Of a DNA stretch of 64,000 nt, positions 1-21,447 are shown piece by piece. The first letter of the stretch is position 1. Every line of letters starts with the position of its first letter. Under the pieces are notes generated by a model, which was not told where the DNA came from, ran no database searches, and saw nothing but the letters and a program-made list of their open reading frames with translations. A program made the position numbers and the translations under genes. The DNA is from the human T2T-CHM13v2.0 reference genome, Homo sapiens: assembly GCF_009914755.1 (NCBI RefSeq), contig NC_060930.1. The stretch is one strand, 5' to 3'.

Positions 1-1591
<1,591 letters not shown>

Positions 1592-1599
1592 TCTTCTCA

Positions 1600-2340
1600 G
1601 TCTATTTCTATTCCTCCTCCTCCTTGTAAATCAATCCCCAAGTTATGTTCACTGGACCTCCTAAATATCTCGAGTTTACCCAATTATCTCCACCCCACTG
1701 TGACTACGCTAGGTTAGGCTGCTTTCATCAAGTACTCGGGTAATTGCACTACCTCTAACTGGTATCCCTGCCTCCTCTCTTATCCTCTCTGTAATCCAAT
1801 CTCTATCCTGCAGCCAGGGTAGAGATTAAATTTATAAGATGTAAATTTAATCATGCCACTCTCCTACTTAAACCTTTCAAGGCTTCCCCATCTGCCTACA
1901 GGATCAAGTCCAAACTCTCACGTGGCTTATACGGTCCTGCCATGATCTGGCTCCTGTTATTCACTACAGCCTTAACTCTTTATAATATGAACTCTTTTCA
2001 TTCCTTGTACAGAGTATGCTCTTGTCTCAAGGTCTCCAGGAGCACTAGGCCCTCCTCTTTACCTTGTTGACTTATCCTACAGGTCACAGCTTCACACATT
2101 TCTTCTGGGACCACTCCTTCCCAGCCCCTACCCTCTGTGGGTCAGCCACCCTTGTTTTTCACTTCCACACCCCGTGTACACTTTTCTGTATAATTCATCA
2201 CATTGTATTGTATCTACAGGCAGTGAACCCCTTGAGCACGGGGCCCGCGCCTGGCTTGTTCTCCGCTGTCTCCAGCACCTAGGACAGGGCCTGGCACGAA
2301 GTAGGTGCACAGTGAGTAGTGAATGCTGGAGTGAATAGAT
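1600..2340. mobile_element. L2 LINE remnant (3' region)
   Basis: Degenerate L2 features (ctcctacttaaacctttcaaggcttcccc; tctccagcacctaggacagggcctggcacgaagtaggtgc...gaatg). Confidence 0.6.
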
Positions 2341-2479
2341 GCAAGAGGGCTGGTGTCTTTTAGAAAGCAGCGCTCAGTGGCTGAGAACTCCTGGGTTCCC
2401 TGCTGGGCAAGGGTTAGGCGTACATTTGCCAGGGTGTTAAAGGAGGAACGCAGGGTTCAAATCCCAGCTCCACTTAACC

Positions 2480-2900
2480 TCCCCCACACTGCGGCGACGC
2501 CGCGCCTTTTTTCCGACCCAACTGAGCCGGAAGTGGAGGCGCGGGCTTCCCATGATGCCCCGCGAGACCTTTATTCTAACCGCAAGGAGTAGCGGAGGGG
2601 AGGTCGTGATGGCGGCGCCGGAGGCGGAGGTTCTGTCCTCAGCCGCAGTCCCTGGTAAGGCGTGGGGCCAAGAGTTTGGGGAGCCTTGGGGACTTGTTTC
2701 TTCCCTACCGCCGCGCCATCCATTCGTTTATCCGCTGGTCCTCTCCCTAGCCCGTCTTCCCTGTCTTCCGGGTGTCCTACACGGCTCTGGCTGTGACTCC
2801 ATCGCCCTGGGTCGCACTGGACCCTGCTTGACTACACTTTTGACTCATTTCCCCAGATCAAGTCCCGCAGCTTTCTGAGCGGGGAGCCCTCCGAAATCCC
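2480..2900 (+). promoter_or_regulatory. MAD2L1BP: CpG-rich promoter/first exon of MAD2L1BP with ETS/GABP site CCGGAAGTG (2527-2535)
   Basis: Locally dense CpGs, ETS consensus about 75 nt upstream of the ATG; boundaries approximate. Confidence 0.75.
2609..2654 (+). CDS. MAD2L1BP: MAD2L1BP (p31comet) coding exon 1 of the 274-aa isoform
   Basis: ATG at 2609 in a CpG-rich region, encoding MAAPEAEVLSSAAVP; donor G|GTAAGG at 2654/2655; 46 nt, phase matches next exon (G+AT=Asp). Confidence 0.95.
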
Positions 2901-3113
2901 CCCACTATCTTGCAGTCGATTAAATCTCCTCAGGCAACAGGGATCAGGAATCTCTCCCTGCCACGGCCCATACTGTAGGCTGCGGAGGATATGGGCGTAT
3001 GTCGGAGTGCCTGCTTTTTCAGGGTGGCTGGTTTGTCGGCCACAGGGAATGAGAAGACTGACTGGCTTTTAGGTTTTTAATTTTTCTCTCTTGTCCCTCT
3101 TTTCATCTACCAG

Positions 3114-3379
3114 ATTTGGAGTGGTATGAGAAGTCCGAAGAAACTCACGCCTCCCAGATAGAACTACTTGAGACAAGCTCTACGCAGGAACCTCTCAACG
3201 CTTCGGAGGCCTTTTGCCCAAGAGACTGCATGGTACCAGTGGTGTTTCCTGGGCCTGTGAGCCAGGAAGGCTGCTGTCAGTTTACTTGTGAACTTCTAAA
3301 GCATATCATGTATCAACGCCAGCAGCTCCCTCTGCCCTATGAACAGCTTAAGCACTTTTACCGAAAACCTTCTCCCCAG
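3114..3379 (+). CDS. MAD2L1BP: MAD2L1BP coding exon 2
   Basis: Polypyrimidine tract + CAG acceptor at 3111-3113; encodes LEWYEKSEETHASQ...FYRKPSPQ; donor CAG|GTAGGC; 266 nt. Confidence 0.97.
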
Positions 3380-3602
3380 GTAGGCACAGGCTTTGGGAGC
3401 AAGTTGGTGGGAAGACTTTGTGGCTCTTAGATGGGAGGCAGGTAGAAAGGGGGTCTAAGAAATCTTCAAAGCCTGAGAGAATAAGCAGCTTCCAGGGCTT
3501 CGGTCACTTTCTCCCCACTCTAGTCTTTGGTAGCCTAACCCTTCTGGCTTTTTCAACTGTTCTTTCTTTCTGAAACTCACGTGTTGCATTTGGACTTAAT
3601 GA

Positions 3603-6171
<2,569 letters not shown>

Positions 6172-6753
6172 AACTCTTCATCTTCTATCTTCCAAAACTT
6201 CTGTGTTTGCATTTGGCTAGTGTTGTGTAGTTTCCAGTTCTTTCCTCTTGGGAGTTTTCTTTGTCAGTCTTTCCTCTTCTTTCCTTCATTTGTTTCTTAA
6301 TTTCTTTTCTCTCATTTTGTAATATTTCAGGTGGAAGTGCAAATAAGCATGTGTTCAGTTTACTATGTTTAAGTGGAAGAACAAGTTCAAAGTCATGTTT
6401 ATTAGACCAAATAATCCTCATTCCTGTTATCACTCCCCATACAGCAAAAATTTGTTGTCACTTTGTCATGTCACCAAATTTCTATTTTAGTTGCTTATAT
6501 CTGGATATCCTCCACCTTCAGAACACTGTGTTTGCTGTTCTAAATGTGGGAGAATTATGGTTTTGTACAAATAATATATTTTCCTTTTCAGTATAATACC
6601 CTCTGATAAAACACAGTGTTTTGGCTGTGGCGGTTCATTGAGCTAGAAATTAAGTCCTGTAAGTCTATGTACACATCCCAGCAGGGTTCTTTTCAAAGAG
6701 CATTAGCTTCCCCCTGCCTTGTTCTTCTCTCCCACCATTCTTTGTCCTCACAG

Positions 6754-7266
6754 GCAGAGGAGATGCTGAAGAAGAAACCTCGGGCCACCACTGAGGTGAG
6801 CAGCAGGAAATGCCAACAAGCCCTGGCAGAACTGGAGAGTGTCCTCAGCCACCTGGAGGACTTCTTTGCACGGACACTAGTACCGCGAGTGCTGATTCTC
6901 CTTGGGGGCAATGCCCTAAGCCCCAAGGAGTTCTATGAACTCGACTTGTCTCTGCTGGCCCCCTACAGCGTGGACCAGAGCCTGAGCACAGCAGCTTGTT
7001 TGCGCCGTCTCTTCCGAGCCATATTCATGGCTGATGCCTTTAGCGAGCTTCAGGCTCCTCCACTCATGGGCACCGTCGTCATGGCACAGGGACACCGCAA
7101 CTGTGGAGAAGATTGGTTTCGACCCAAGCTCAACTATCGAGTGCCCAGCCGGGGCCATAAACTGACTGTGACCCTGTCATGTGGCAGACCTTCCATCCGA
7201 ACCACGGCTTGGGAAGACTACATTTGGTTCCAGGCACCAGTGACATTTAAAGGCTTCCGCGAGTGA
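6754..7266 (+). CDS. MAD2L1BP: MAD2L1BP coding exon 3 (HORMA-like C-terminal part, stop TGA)
   Basis: Acceptor ctcacag|GCA; AEEMLKKKPR...IWFQAPVTFKGFRE*; joined CDS 46+266+513=825 nt = 274 aa, matching p31comet as I recall it. Confidence 0.97.
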   Translation, partial: AEEMLKKKPRATTEVSSRKCQQALAELESVLSHLEDFFARTLVPRVLILLGGNALSPKEFYELDLSLLAPYSVDQSLSTAACLRRLFRAIFMADAFSELQAPPLMGTVVMAQGHRNCGEDWFRPKLNYRVPSRGHKLTVTLSCGRPSIRTTAWEDYIWFQAPVTFKGFRE

Positions 7267-7653
7267 ATGAGTGCTTCTTAATCCTAAAAACACAATGGCT
7301 GAATTATCTTTCTCCATGTGGCGCTGAATCACCCATCTGGTTTGGAGCTAGAGTTGCTTCCTGGTGAGAGAGGAAGCAACTCTCCTTCTGGTTGTCTGCC
7401 TCCCCTCAGATTTCCTGATAGGCTGATGGCATGTGGCTGTGACTGTGACTGTAATCATTGCTGAACAACATCTCTTTGAATCAAAGGTTGATTTTCCCAG
7501 AGGGTGCTGGGTCAGGCATTTCTATTAGGAGTTGGAAAGCAAAAATGGGTCCATAGACACTCTATGGAGGTGTCCCTTTCTGCTCTTTGCTGTGTCCTTT
7601 CAGAATTTTTACCAGGAACATAATGTGGATGTGACTTATGAACTTAAATATAA

Positions 7654-7659
7654 AATAAA
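7654..7659 (+). terminator. MAD2L1BP: MAD2L1BP polyadenylation signal AATAAA
   Basis: AATAAA about 390 nt after the stop, followed by T/GT-rich sequence (ttgtttttg). Confidence 0.8.
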
Positions 7660-7762
7660 TAGATTCTTATTATATTTTCCTGAAATTGTTTTGACTTAAC
7701 TTGTCAGGTTTTAGGCTATTTTGTCTTTCTCCTTGGCCTCTTCTGCTTCAGGGCTTCTCGAA

Positions 7763-10750
<2,988 letters not shown>

Positions 10751-11617
10751 CCCCCGAAAACCAACAATGCCCAGACAATCAAAAAAGTAATTATCTGGGT
10801 TATTTACACACTTATTTATCAGCTGGGGCCCAGGTCATTCTGATTTCCTGAGTGCTCTTCAAAGGAATCCAGAAATGAAAATATCAACTAGCAACATTAA
10901 CGATAAAGCCCATCTCCTGTGGCAACAAGCTTGCTGAGGAACCTGTTTGTTTGTCCTTGGCTGGGGACTCAAGAAGTGAATGTGGAGAAGTGATCTAGCC
11001 CAGGGAGTGAAGCTCCAGTTGCAGTGAGGTTCTGGCCTTTCATCTCTTGCTACCATTTGGATCTAAAAACAACAGTTGGTGGTAGTTGGTAGTTGATGAG
11101 AAAGGTGGTAGTTGATGAGAAAGTGTAGTCTATAAAAGTCCCCCTTTTTGTATCTCTCTCCTCACCCTCCTTTCCCAAGGTGTTACCCTATACCTTGCCC
11201 CCATTGCCTAGATTTTCATTTGTCACTTAGAATATTTCTATGGAAAGGGTAGATAAAGAAGACAGCTGGTGAAGATGGAAGAGAATGGATGGACCTCATT
11301 CTGTAAGACCTGGCTTGGGGTGGGGTGCGGGTGGAGGTAGTCGGGTTGACAGAATCTTAATTAGAGCCAGGAGGAATCTCAAATTCTTCACAGATCATTC
11401 TGAGGTCAAGAAGTGACATGACTGGGGTGAAATAGTACAGTTAGTGTCAGTGTTGGGGTTTTGTATTGTTTTCTTTCCAGACCCCAGGTCCATATACAGT
11501 AAAGACTCTAAATGTCGACTATGTGAAAGGGCTCAGGGAAGGCCAAATATCTATGGAAAAAGGCTGGGTTTGGACTTACAACCCCAACTGTAGCCTAACT
11601 GTAGGGGAAGCCATACT

Positions 11618-11800
11618 GTGGCCGTGGCAACTGAAGACATCCCGTCCCAAACTCTGGAAAGGATGAGGGAGGGGGCTGATGCCTAGGCCTCCGTGGGGAG
11701 GAGGTCTGGGCGGTAGGCGGTGGGGTGGGTGGAACCTAGCGTCCAGCTAGGCGGAAGGGCGGAGCTTCAGGTCTCCATGGAGGCGGCTTCTCCTAGCAAC
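11618..11800 (+). promoter_or_regulatory. RSPH9: RSPH9 promoter with RFX X-box motifs
   Basis: GTGGCCGTGGCAAC (11618-11631) fits GTNRCC-N(0-3)-RGYAAC; also GTCTCCATGGAGGC (11771-11784) and CCTAGCAAC (11792-11800); GC boxes and a CpG-rich region about 11690-12400. Confidence 0.7.
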
Positions 11801-11831
11801 TCGACGGGCGTTGAGCGGAGCCGCTGACCTG

Positions 11832-12058
11832 ATGGACGCCGACAGCCTCCTGCTGTCTCTGGAGCTGGCGTCCGGCAGTGGGCAGGGCCTCAGCCCGGAC
11901 CGTCGGGCCTCGCTGCTCACGTCTCTTATGCTGGTTAAGCGCGACTACCGCTATGATCGGGTTCTCTTCTGGGGCCGCATCCTTGGCCTCGTCGCCGATT
12001 ACTACATCGCGCAGGGCCTGAGTGAGGACCAGCTCGCACCGCGCAAGACGCTCTATAG
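11832..12058 (+). CDS. RSPH9: RSPH9 (radial spoke head component 9) coding exon 1
   Basis: MDADSLLLSLELASGSGQGLSPDRRASLLTSL...FWGRILGLVADYYIAQG...; donor AG|GTGAGG; 227 nt. Confidence 0.97.
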
Positions 12059-12367
12059 GTGAGGAGGCCCCCGGGACGGGCTCCCCAGAGGGTGGCTACC
12101 TGGAGGCAGGGCGGGGTGGGCGGGTCGCAGCAATTGAAAGGGGCGGGGCCCATGGGGCCAAGGGAGGTGTGGGCGGGATCTGAGATGAGTGGAATGGGGG
12201 AGACCCTGGGGGGCGGGCCTGGGGACGGTCAAGAGGTGGTTGAGGGAAAGGGCGGGGATGGGGATGTCTCGGAATCTGAGGCTAGGGCGGAGCCTGAGAG
12301 GGCGGGGCAATGGACGGGCGATGTCCCCCGGAGGGCGGGGCCTTGCGAGAGCTTGTTCTCCGCCTGA

Positions 12368-13072
<705 letters not shown>

Positions 13073-14841
13073 TAGCTAGGATGGTCTCGATCTCCTGACC
13101 TCGTGATCCGTCCGCCTCAGCCTCCCAAAGTGCTGGGATCACCCACCGCGCTTGGCAATTATTTATTTATTTATTATTTTTGTAATTTTAATAGAGACAG
13201 GGTTTCACTATGCTGGTTAGGCTGGTCTCGAACTCCTGGCCTCAAGTAATCCACCCGCCTCGGCCTCCCAAAGTGCTGGGATTACAGGCGTGAGCCACCA
13301 TGCCCGGCCAGCCTCTTTTTGACTAAAGGGGAGCTTACTACCTTACAAAGCAGTCCATTCGGCCAGCCTGGGCAATATAGCAAGACCTCATCACTACAAA
13401 AAAAAAAAAAAAAGGCAGGGTGTGGTGGCTCACGCCTTTAATCCCAGCACTTTGGGAGGCAGAGTTGGGCGGATCACGAGGTCAGGAGATTGAGACCATC
13501 CTGGCTAACGCGGTGAAACACTACTGAAAATACGAAAAATTAGACGGGCGTGGTGGCGGGCGCCTGTAGTCCTAGCTACTCGGGAGGCTGAGGCAGAAGA
13601 ATCACTTGAATCTGGGAGGCGGAGGTTGCAGTGAGCTGGCATCATGCCACGCACTCCAGCCTGGGTGACAGAGTGAGACTCCGTCTCAAAAAAAAAAAAA
13701 GAAAAAAAAAAAGGAAAATTTGCAGGGCATGGTGGTGCATACCTGTAGTCCCAGCTACTCGGTAGGCTGAGGTGGGAGGATTGCGCCCGAGAGTTCAAAG
13801 CTGCAGTTAACTATGGATCACTACTGCGCTCCAGCCTGGTGACAGAGCGAGACCCTGTCTCAAAACAAATAAATAAATAAATAAACAAACTTTAAAAATA
13901 AATAGGCCAGCAACGGCCTATTTATTTAGGGAACAGTTAGACAAACTTGTTGGCTGGGGAAGTCTCAGAGTGTTTGGGAGAACAGTAGTATGATGTTGTG
14001 TAGAACTGGTTCTAGAGGCAAAAGGATATGGGTCTTTGTTCATAGGCCATGAGGAGCTACTGAGGGGCTTGCAAGAAGAGCCTGCTCCGATCAGAGTGGG
14101 CAAAATGGCCTGAAAGTGTGGTGAGCACTGTGGTTAGGAGTCCATTGTAGTGTCCATATGAATGAGGCCTGAAAGGAAGAGGTATCCGAGGGAATGCAGA
14201 GGAGGTGATGGGTTGGAAAGATTTAAGTGCTAGAATTGTCAGGACATGTAACTCATTGAATAAGGATGGTTATAAAGGAGAGGTTAAGGCTGACCCCTCC
14301 TAGCTTAGGCAGCTGAGTAAGTTAAGTACCAGCACCACTCAGTAGGAGAGAATTCAGGGGCAGGACTAGGGAAGACATAGTGAATTTGATGTGAGGTGCC
14401 TGAGTTACAAGGTGTTAAGAAGGTATATTAAAGTACAGATGTAGAATACAGAAGAAAAAGTTGAACTGAAGATAGAGATTTGGGATTCATTTCATTTTAT
14501 TCTATAAGCATCTGCTGAGCACCTACTATGTGCTACCATGTGCTAGGCATTGATTTAGGCACCAGGAGTTCAGTGGTAAATGAAATCCTTGTCTTTATGG
14601 AGCTTACATTGTAGTGTGTGTTCAGGGGGCAGGGAACGGAAGATAGACAACAGCTGAACACACACATCTATTAGATGTCAGATGATGTTAAAAGCTAAAG
14701 GGGATAGAGAATACAGGATGGGCCGGGCGCAGTGGCTCATGCCTGTAATCCCAGCACTTTGGGAGGCAGAGGCAGGTAGATCACCTGAGGTCAGGAGTTC
14801 GAGACCAGCCTGACCAACATGGCCTGACCCCATCTCCACTA

Positions 14842-15000
<159 letters not shown>

Positions 15001-15904
15001 TCAAAAAAAAAAAAAAGAATACAAGATGGGGTACTATTTTAAATAGTTTGGTCAGGGATAGCCTCTTTGATAAGGTCACATTTGAGAAGACACCTGAAGT
15101 GACTGAGAGAGTGAGCTATGTAAATATCTGAGGGAAGAGAATTCTAGGCAAGTGCAAATGCCCTGAGGCAAGTGTGTGCTTAGTGTGTTTGTGGAACCGC
15201 ATGGAGACTAGTGTGGCTAGAGAAGAATAAGTGAGGGGAGTGTTGTAGGATACAAGGTCAGAGAGGTGAGGAGTAGGAAACAATCATGCAGGGCCTTGTG
15301 GGGCATTGTAAGACTTGGCTTAATTGGAAGCCATTGGAAGGTTCTGCAGAGGAGTGACATGACAGCTTAGGTGTGAACAGTTGGGTGGGGACTAGTCCAA
15401 AGGGGGAATAGATGTGGAGTCAGGGAGACTAGTTAGGAGTCGATGGCAATATCTAGACAGTAGGGGATGGTGGCTTGGGCCAAGGTGGGAGCTGTGGAAG
15501 TGGTTGGATTCTGGATACAGACTAGGCAGTAGCTGGGGCTCTGGAAGGCAGGTGGGAAAGATTGCAAAAAGAAAAGAGGGGTGAGAATGGGTCCCTGGAA
15601 ATACTTAAGGCCCTGGAGGAGCGGGAAGGGAGATGTCAGAGGAAATAGAACTGGAGATGCATTTCTTGGCCGTTAGGTGTCAAGGATGGCCTTCTCCCAA
15701 GCAGTTTCTTGAAGTGGTGGGGCAGAAATCATGGCACAGTGGGCTGAAGAGTGAAAAGGAAGGGGAGGAAAGTCCCCCACAGGGCAATTGTTGTTCTGAG
15801 ATTATTGTTGAAAGTTGGGAAAGAGGGAGGGAAGGACAGGAACAGCATTTTCTAGAAGGACATGGATTTGGAGGGTTGCTGTTTTAGTAGGCTGAGCAGT
15901 TTTT

Positions 15905-15935
<31 letters not shown>

Positions 15936-15941
15936 TTTTGA

Positions 15942-16046
<105 letters not shown>

Positions 16047-17107
16047 TGATTAGCTGGGATTACAGGCGCCCGCCACCAAGCCCAGCTAATTTTTTTGTAT
16101 TTTTAGTAGAGACAGGGTTTCACCATGTTGGCCAGGCTGGTCTCGTGTGATCTGCCCACCTCGGCCTCCAAAGTACTGGGAGTACAAGTGTGAGCCACCG
16201 CGCCTGGTCAGCTGAGCCATTTTTATGTTAAGGGGGAACTGGTGGAGAGTGAAGGGCAGGAGGATAAGCAGAGACCAGGCTGGGGACCTAGGCCCAGGGT
16301 ATATTTGAGAGGAGTGGGAAGGACCTCCTCTCCCAGCAGAAGGAAGTGAGAAAGAAGGAACCAGGTGGGCCTGGTGAGTGCTCCCGAAGGCCTCAGAGGA
16401 GAAGTTCTTGAACATAGGCTGGGCATTCCTGAGAAATGGGAGGAAATGGTTGTGCTGTTGACTCAGTGGGCAGGCTGAGCATGAATTTAGGGCCCACCAA
16501 AACATGGATCCACACAATTGAGGAAAGTTCAGCTACCAGAAACTCATCCAGAATTTCACAGTCCGGATATCTAGGAAGAGGCTCATTTAATTTCAGCATA
16601 CATGGAATGAATGAAATTGAATCTGTTTATTACATATGAGGAGTGGGTTCACCATTGGCACTTGGGACTTCTTTTAGACAGAGTCTTGCTCTGTCACCCA
16701 GGCTGGTGCAGTCGTGGCTCACTGCAACCTCTGCCTCCCTGGTTCAAGCGATTCTCCTGCCTTAGCCTCCTGAGTAGCTGGGACTACAGGCATGTGCCAC
16801 CATGCCCCGCTAATTTTTGTATTTTTAGTAGAGACGGGGTTTCACCATGTTGGCCAGGCTGGTCTGAAAGTCCTAACCTCAAGTGATCCGCTCACCTCAG
16901 CCTCCCAAAGTGCTGGGATTACAGGTGTGAGTCACCGTGCCCAGTCAGCACTTGGGGCTTCTAACAGTCTCACGACAGCATTGGGAGGAAAGGTGGCCAT
17001 TTCAACAGCTTTTCCTGGGCCCAACCCACTAGACAGAAGGGAAGATAATAGGAATAGTGGGTGAGAAGGGAGTTGGAATCCAGGGGTGATGTGAATATTG
17101 TTGGCAG

Positions 17108-17273
17108 CCTGAACTGCACAGAGTGGAGCCTCTTGCCCCCTGCCACAGAGGAGATGGTGGCGCAGTCGTCTGTGGTGAAGGGCCGCTTCATGGGGGACCC
17201 ATCATACGAATATGAACACACTGAGCTGCAGAAGGTGAATGAAGGTGAAAAAGTCTTTGAAGAAGAAATAGTG
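17108..17273 (+). CDS. RSPH9: RSPH9 coding exon 2
   Basis: ggcag|C acceptor; (S)LNCTEWSLLPPA...GRFMGDPSYEYE...EEEIV; donor GTG|GTGAGT; 166 nt. Confidence 0.95.
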
Positions 17274-18165
17274 GTGAGTGAAGAGGAGAGCAGGAGGAGG
17301 GCCTAAAAGAGAGCCTGGGCTCATCCAAAACCCAGCCTAATAGAAATTATGGCAACAGGCTGGGCACGGTGGCTCACGCCTGTAATCTCAGCACTTTGAG
17401 AGGCTGAGGCGGGTGGATCATGAGGTCAGGAGATTGAGACCATCCTGGCTAACACAGTGAAACCCCGTCTCTACTACAAATACAAAAAATTAGCTGGGTG
17501 TGGTGGCAGGCACCTGTAGTCCCAGCTACTCGGGAGGCTGAGGCAGGAGAATGGCATGAACCCAGGAGGTGAGCTTGCAGTGAGCTGAGATCGCGCCACT
17601 GCACTCCAGCCTGGGCAACAGAGTGAGACCCTGTCTATAAAAAAAAAAAAAAGAAAAGAAAAAAAAGAAATTATGGCAACAAGTACGATCATTATTTCCT
17701 TTTTTTTTTTGGGACAGGAATATCACTATGTTACCCAGGCTGGTCTCAAACTCCTGGGCTCAAATAATCCTTCCGCCTCAGCCTCCCAAGTAGCTAGGAG
17801 TGCAGGCATGAGCCAGCATCCCTGATGACTAATGTTATTATTATCTTTGTGACACGTTGGTTATTGGGTACCTGGGTGTGCTAGGCAATGTGCTACTGTG
17901 CCTGTATCATCTCATTTCATCCTTAAAACCCTATGGAGTTGGTTTCCAGGTGGTAGAGAAGAGGACATTCTCCTACCAGTTCAGAGAGGTTAAGTGATGT
18001 GCCCAAGGCCACACACAGCTACCTCCTAAGCAACTGGATAAAGGCAGTGGGTAGGCTCTGGGGTGGGGACTGGGAAGAGGGGGTGCTCTGTGCTGTACTC
18101 TGGGGTCAGGGAATGTGCACAGGCTCTTATATTTTAGTATCAGTTTTCATTTCACAAAATAATAA

Positions 18166-18518
<353 letters not shown>

Positions 18519-18851
18519 TGATCCGACCGCCTCAGTCTCCCAAAGTATTGGGATTACAGGCGTGAGCCACCGCACACAGTCTGACGTTAACTATTTTGCA
18601 TGTGCATGTGTGTGTACATATGTGTACTTGTGTGTCTAAATTTTTCTGCTCCAAGTAGAGTCTGGATCAGAAGCTTCACCATGTCCTAAGAGTTAGAAAT
18701 GTAGGATCTTGGGCCCCAGCATCAGGTATCTGCCTTCTAAAAAATCCCCTGGGCATTGGCCAGGCACGGTGGCTCATGCCTGTAATCCCAGCACTTTGGG
18801 AGGCTGAGGCGGGTGGATCACGACGTCAGGAGATTGAGACCATCCTGGCTA

Positions 18852-19101
<250 letters not shown>

Positions 19102-19147
19102 TCACCTAATGATATATTTTGGAGATCTTTCTATATCAGTGTCTTAA

Positions 19148-19772
<625 letters not shown>

Positions 19773-20038
19773 TAACTCCTAGTTTCAAGCAATCCTCCCA
19801 CCTCAGCCTCCCAAAGTGCTGGGATTTATAGGCATGAGCCATTTCATCCAGCTGATTTCCAAGTTTTAGTTCTAACAAACAGTACCATAATAAATGACCA
19901 TATAGCTGGGCATGGTGGCTCACGCCTGTAATCCCAGAACTTTGGGAGCCCAAGGCGGGCAGATCACGAGGTCAGGAGTTTGAGACCAGCATGGCCAACA
20001 TAGTGAAACTCCGTCTCTACTAAAAATACAAAAAATTA

Positions 20039-20212
<174 letters not shown>

Positions 20213-20445
20213 TCACTTCCATTGTGTGTAATTCCTGGGAAAGTCAATTCCTGGAAATAGACTTGCTAAGTTAACAAGTAAGGAGCCTATGTTTTGAAAC
20301 AATACAATCCCAGAATTCAAAGCACAGCTGTTGCACTTGAACCTGGGTGATGCCGAAAGTCTGAGTCTAGGTCTGTGAGCCCTCAGCTGCATCCTCACCC
20401 ACTCCTACCTGATTGACTTAATCTTCCTGAGCCTGTTTTTTTTGA

Positions 20446-20550
<105 letters not shown>

Positions 20551-21126
20551 TGAGTAACTGGGATTACAGGCATGCGCCACCACACCCTGCTAATTTTGTA
20601 TTTTTGGTAGAGACAGGGTTTCTCCATGTTGGTCAGGTTGGTCTCAAACTCCCGACCTCAGGTGATCTGCCCACCTCAGCCTCCCAAAGTGCTAGGATTA
20701 CAGGCGTGAGCCACCGGGCCCAGCCGTGAGCCTCAGTTTTATTATTATTTTTCTGTAAAATTGAGATAATTGTATTTACTTTGCAGGCTTGTGTGGATTA
20801 AATGAGGTGACATATTTAAAGACACTGGCCTCAGCACTTATTAAAGCTTAGTTTCTACCTTTCTTTTGTAAACCATTCAGGTAGGCTGCCCATGGCAAAT
20901 AGGTGGCTCCGTGACTCTCTAGGGGCCTCTGTTGACACGCATTCTCTGTCGAGCTCTTCCACAAAATCTCTATGAAATCCTTTTGTTCAGAGTTGCCCTA
21001 GATAGTAATTGTAACTAAATTTCATCTGTGTAAAAAGGGTATGATATGGGGAAATGCTTGCAAAATAATGTTAAACTGAAGAGAAGGATATGAAACAATA
21101 TAAACTGTGACTCTAATTTTGCTTTA

Positions 21127-21447
<321 letters not shown>

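Noticed and set aside
11811-11831. N-terminal extension of RSPH9 suggested by the ORF track
   Set aside because: The track starts at TTG; the first in-frame ATG is 11832. Several other track starts (3116, 6616, 23302) are likewise non-ATG codons within or next to spliced exons.
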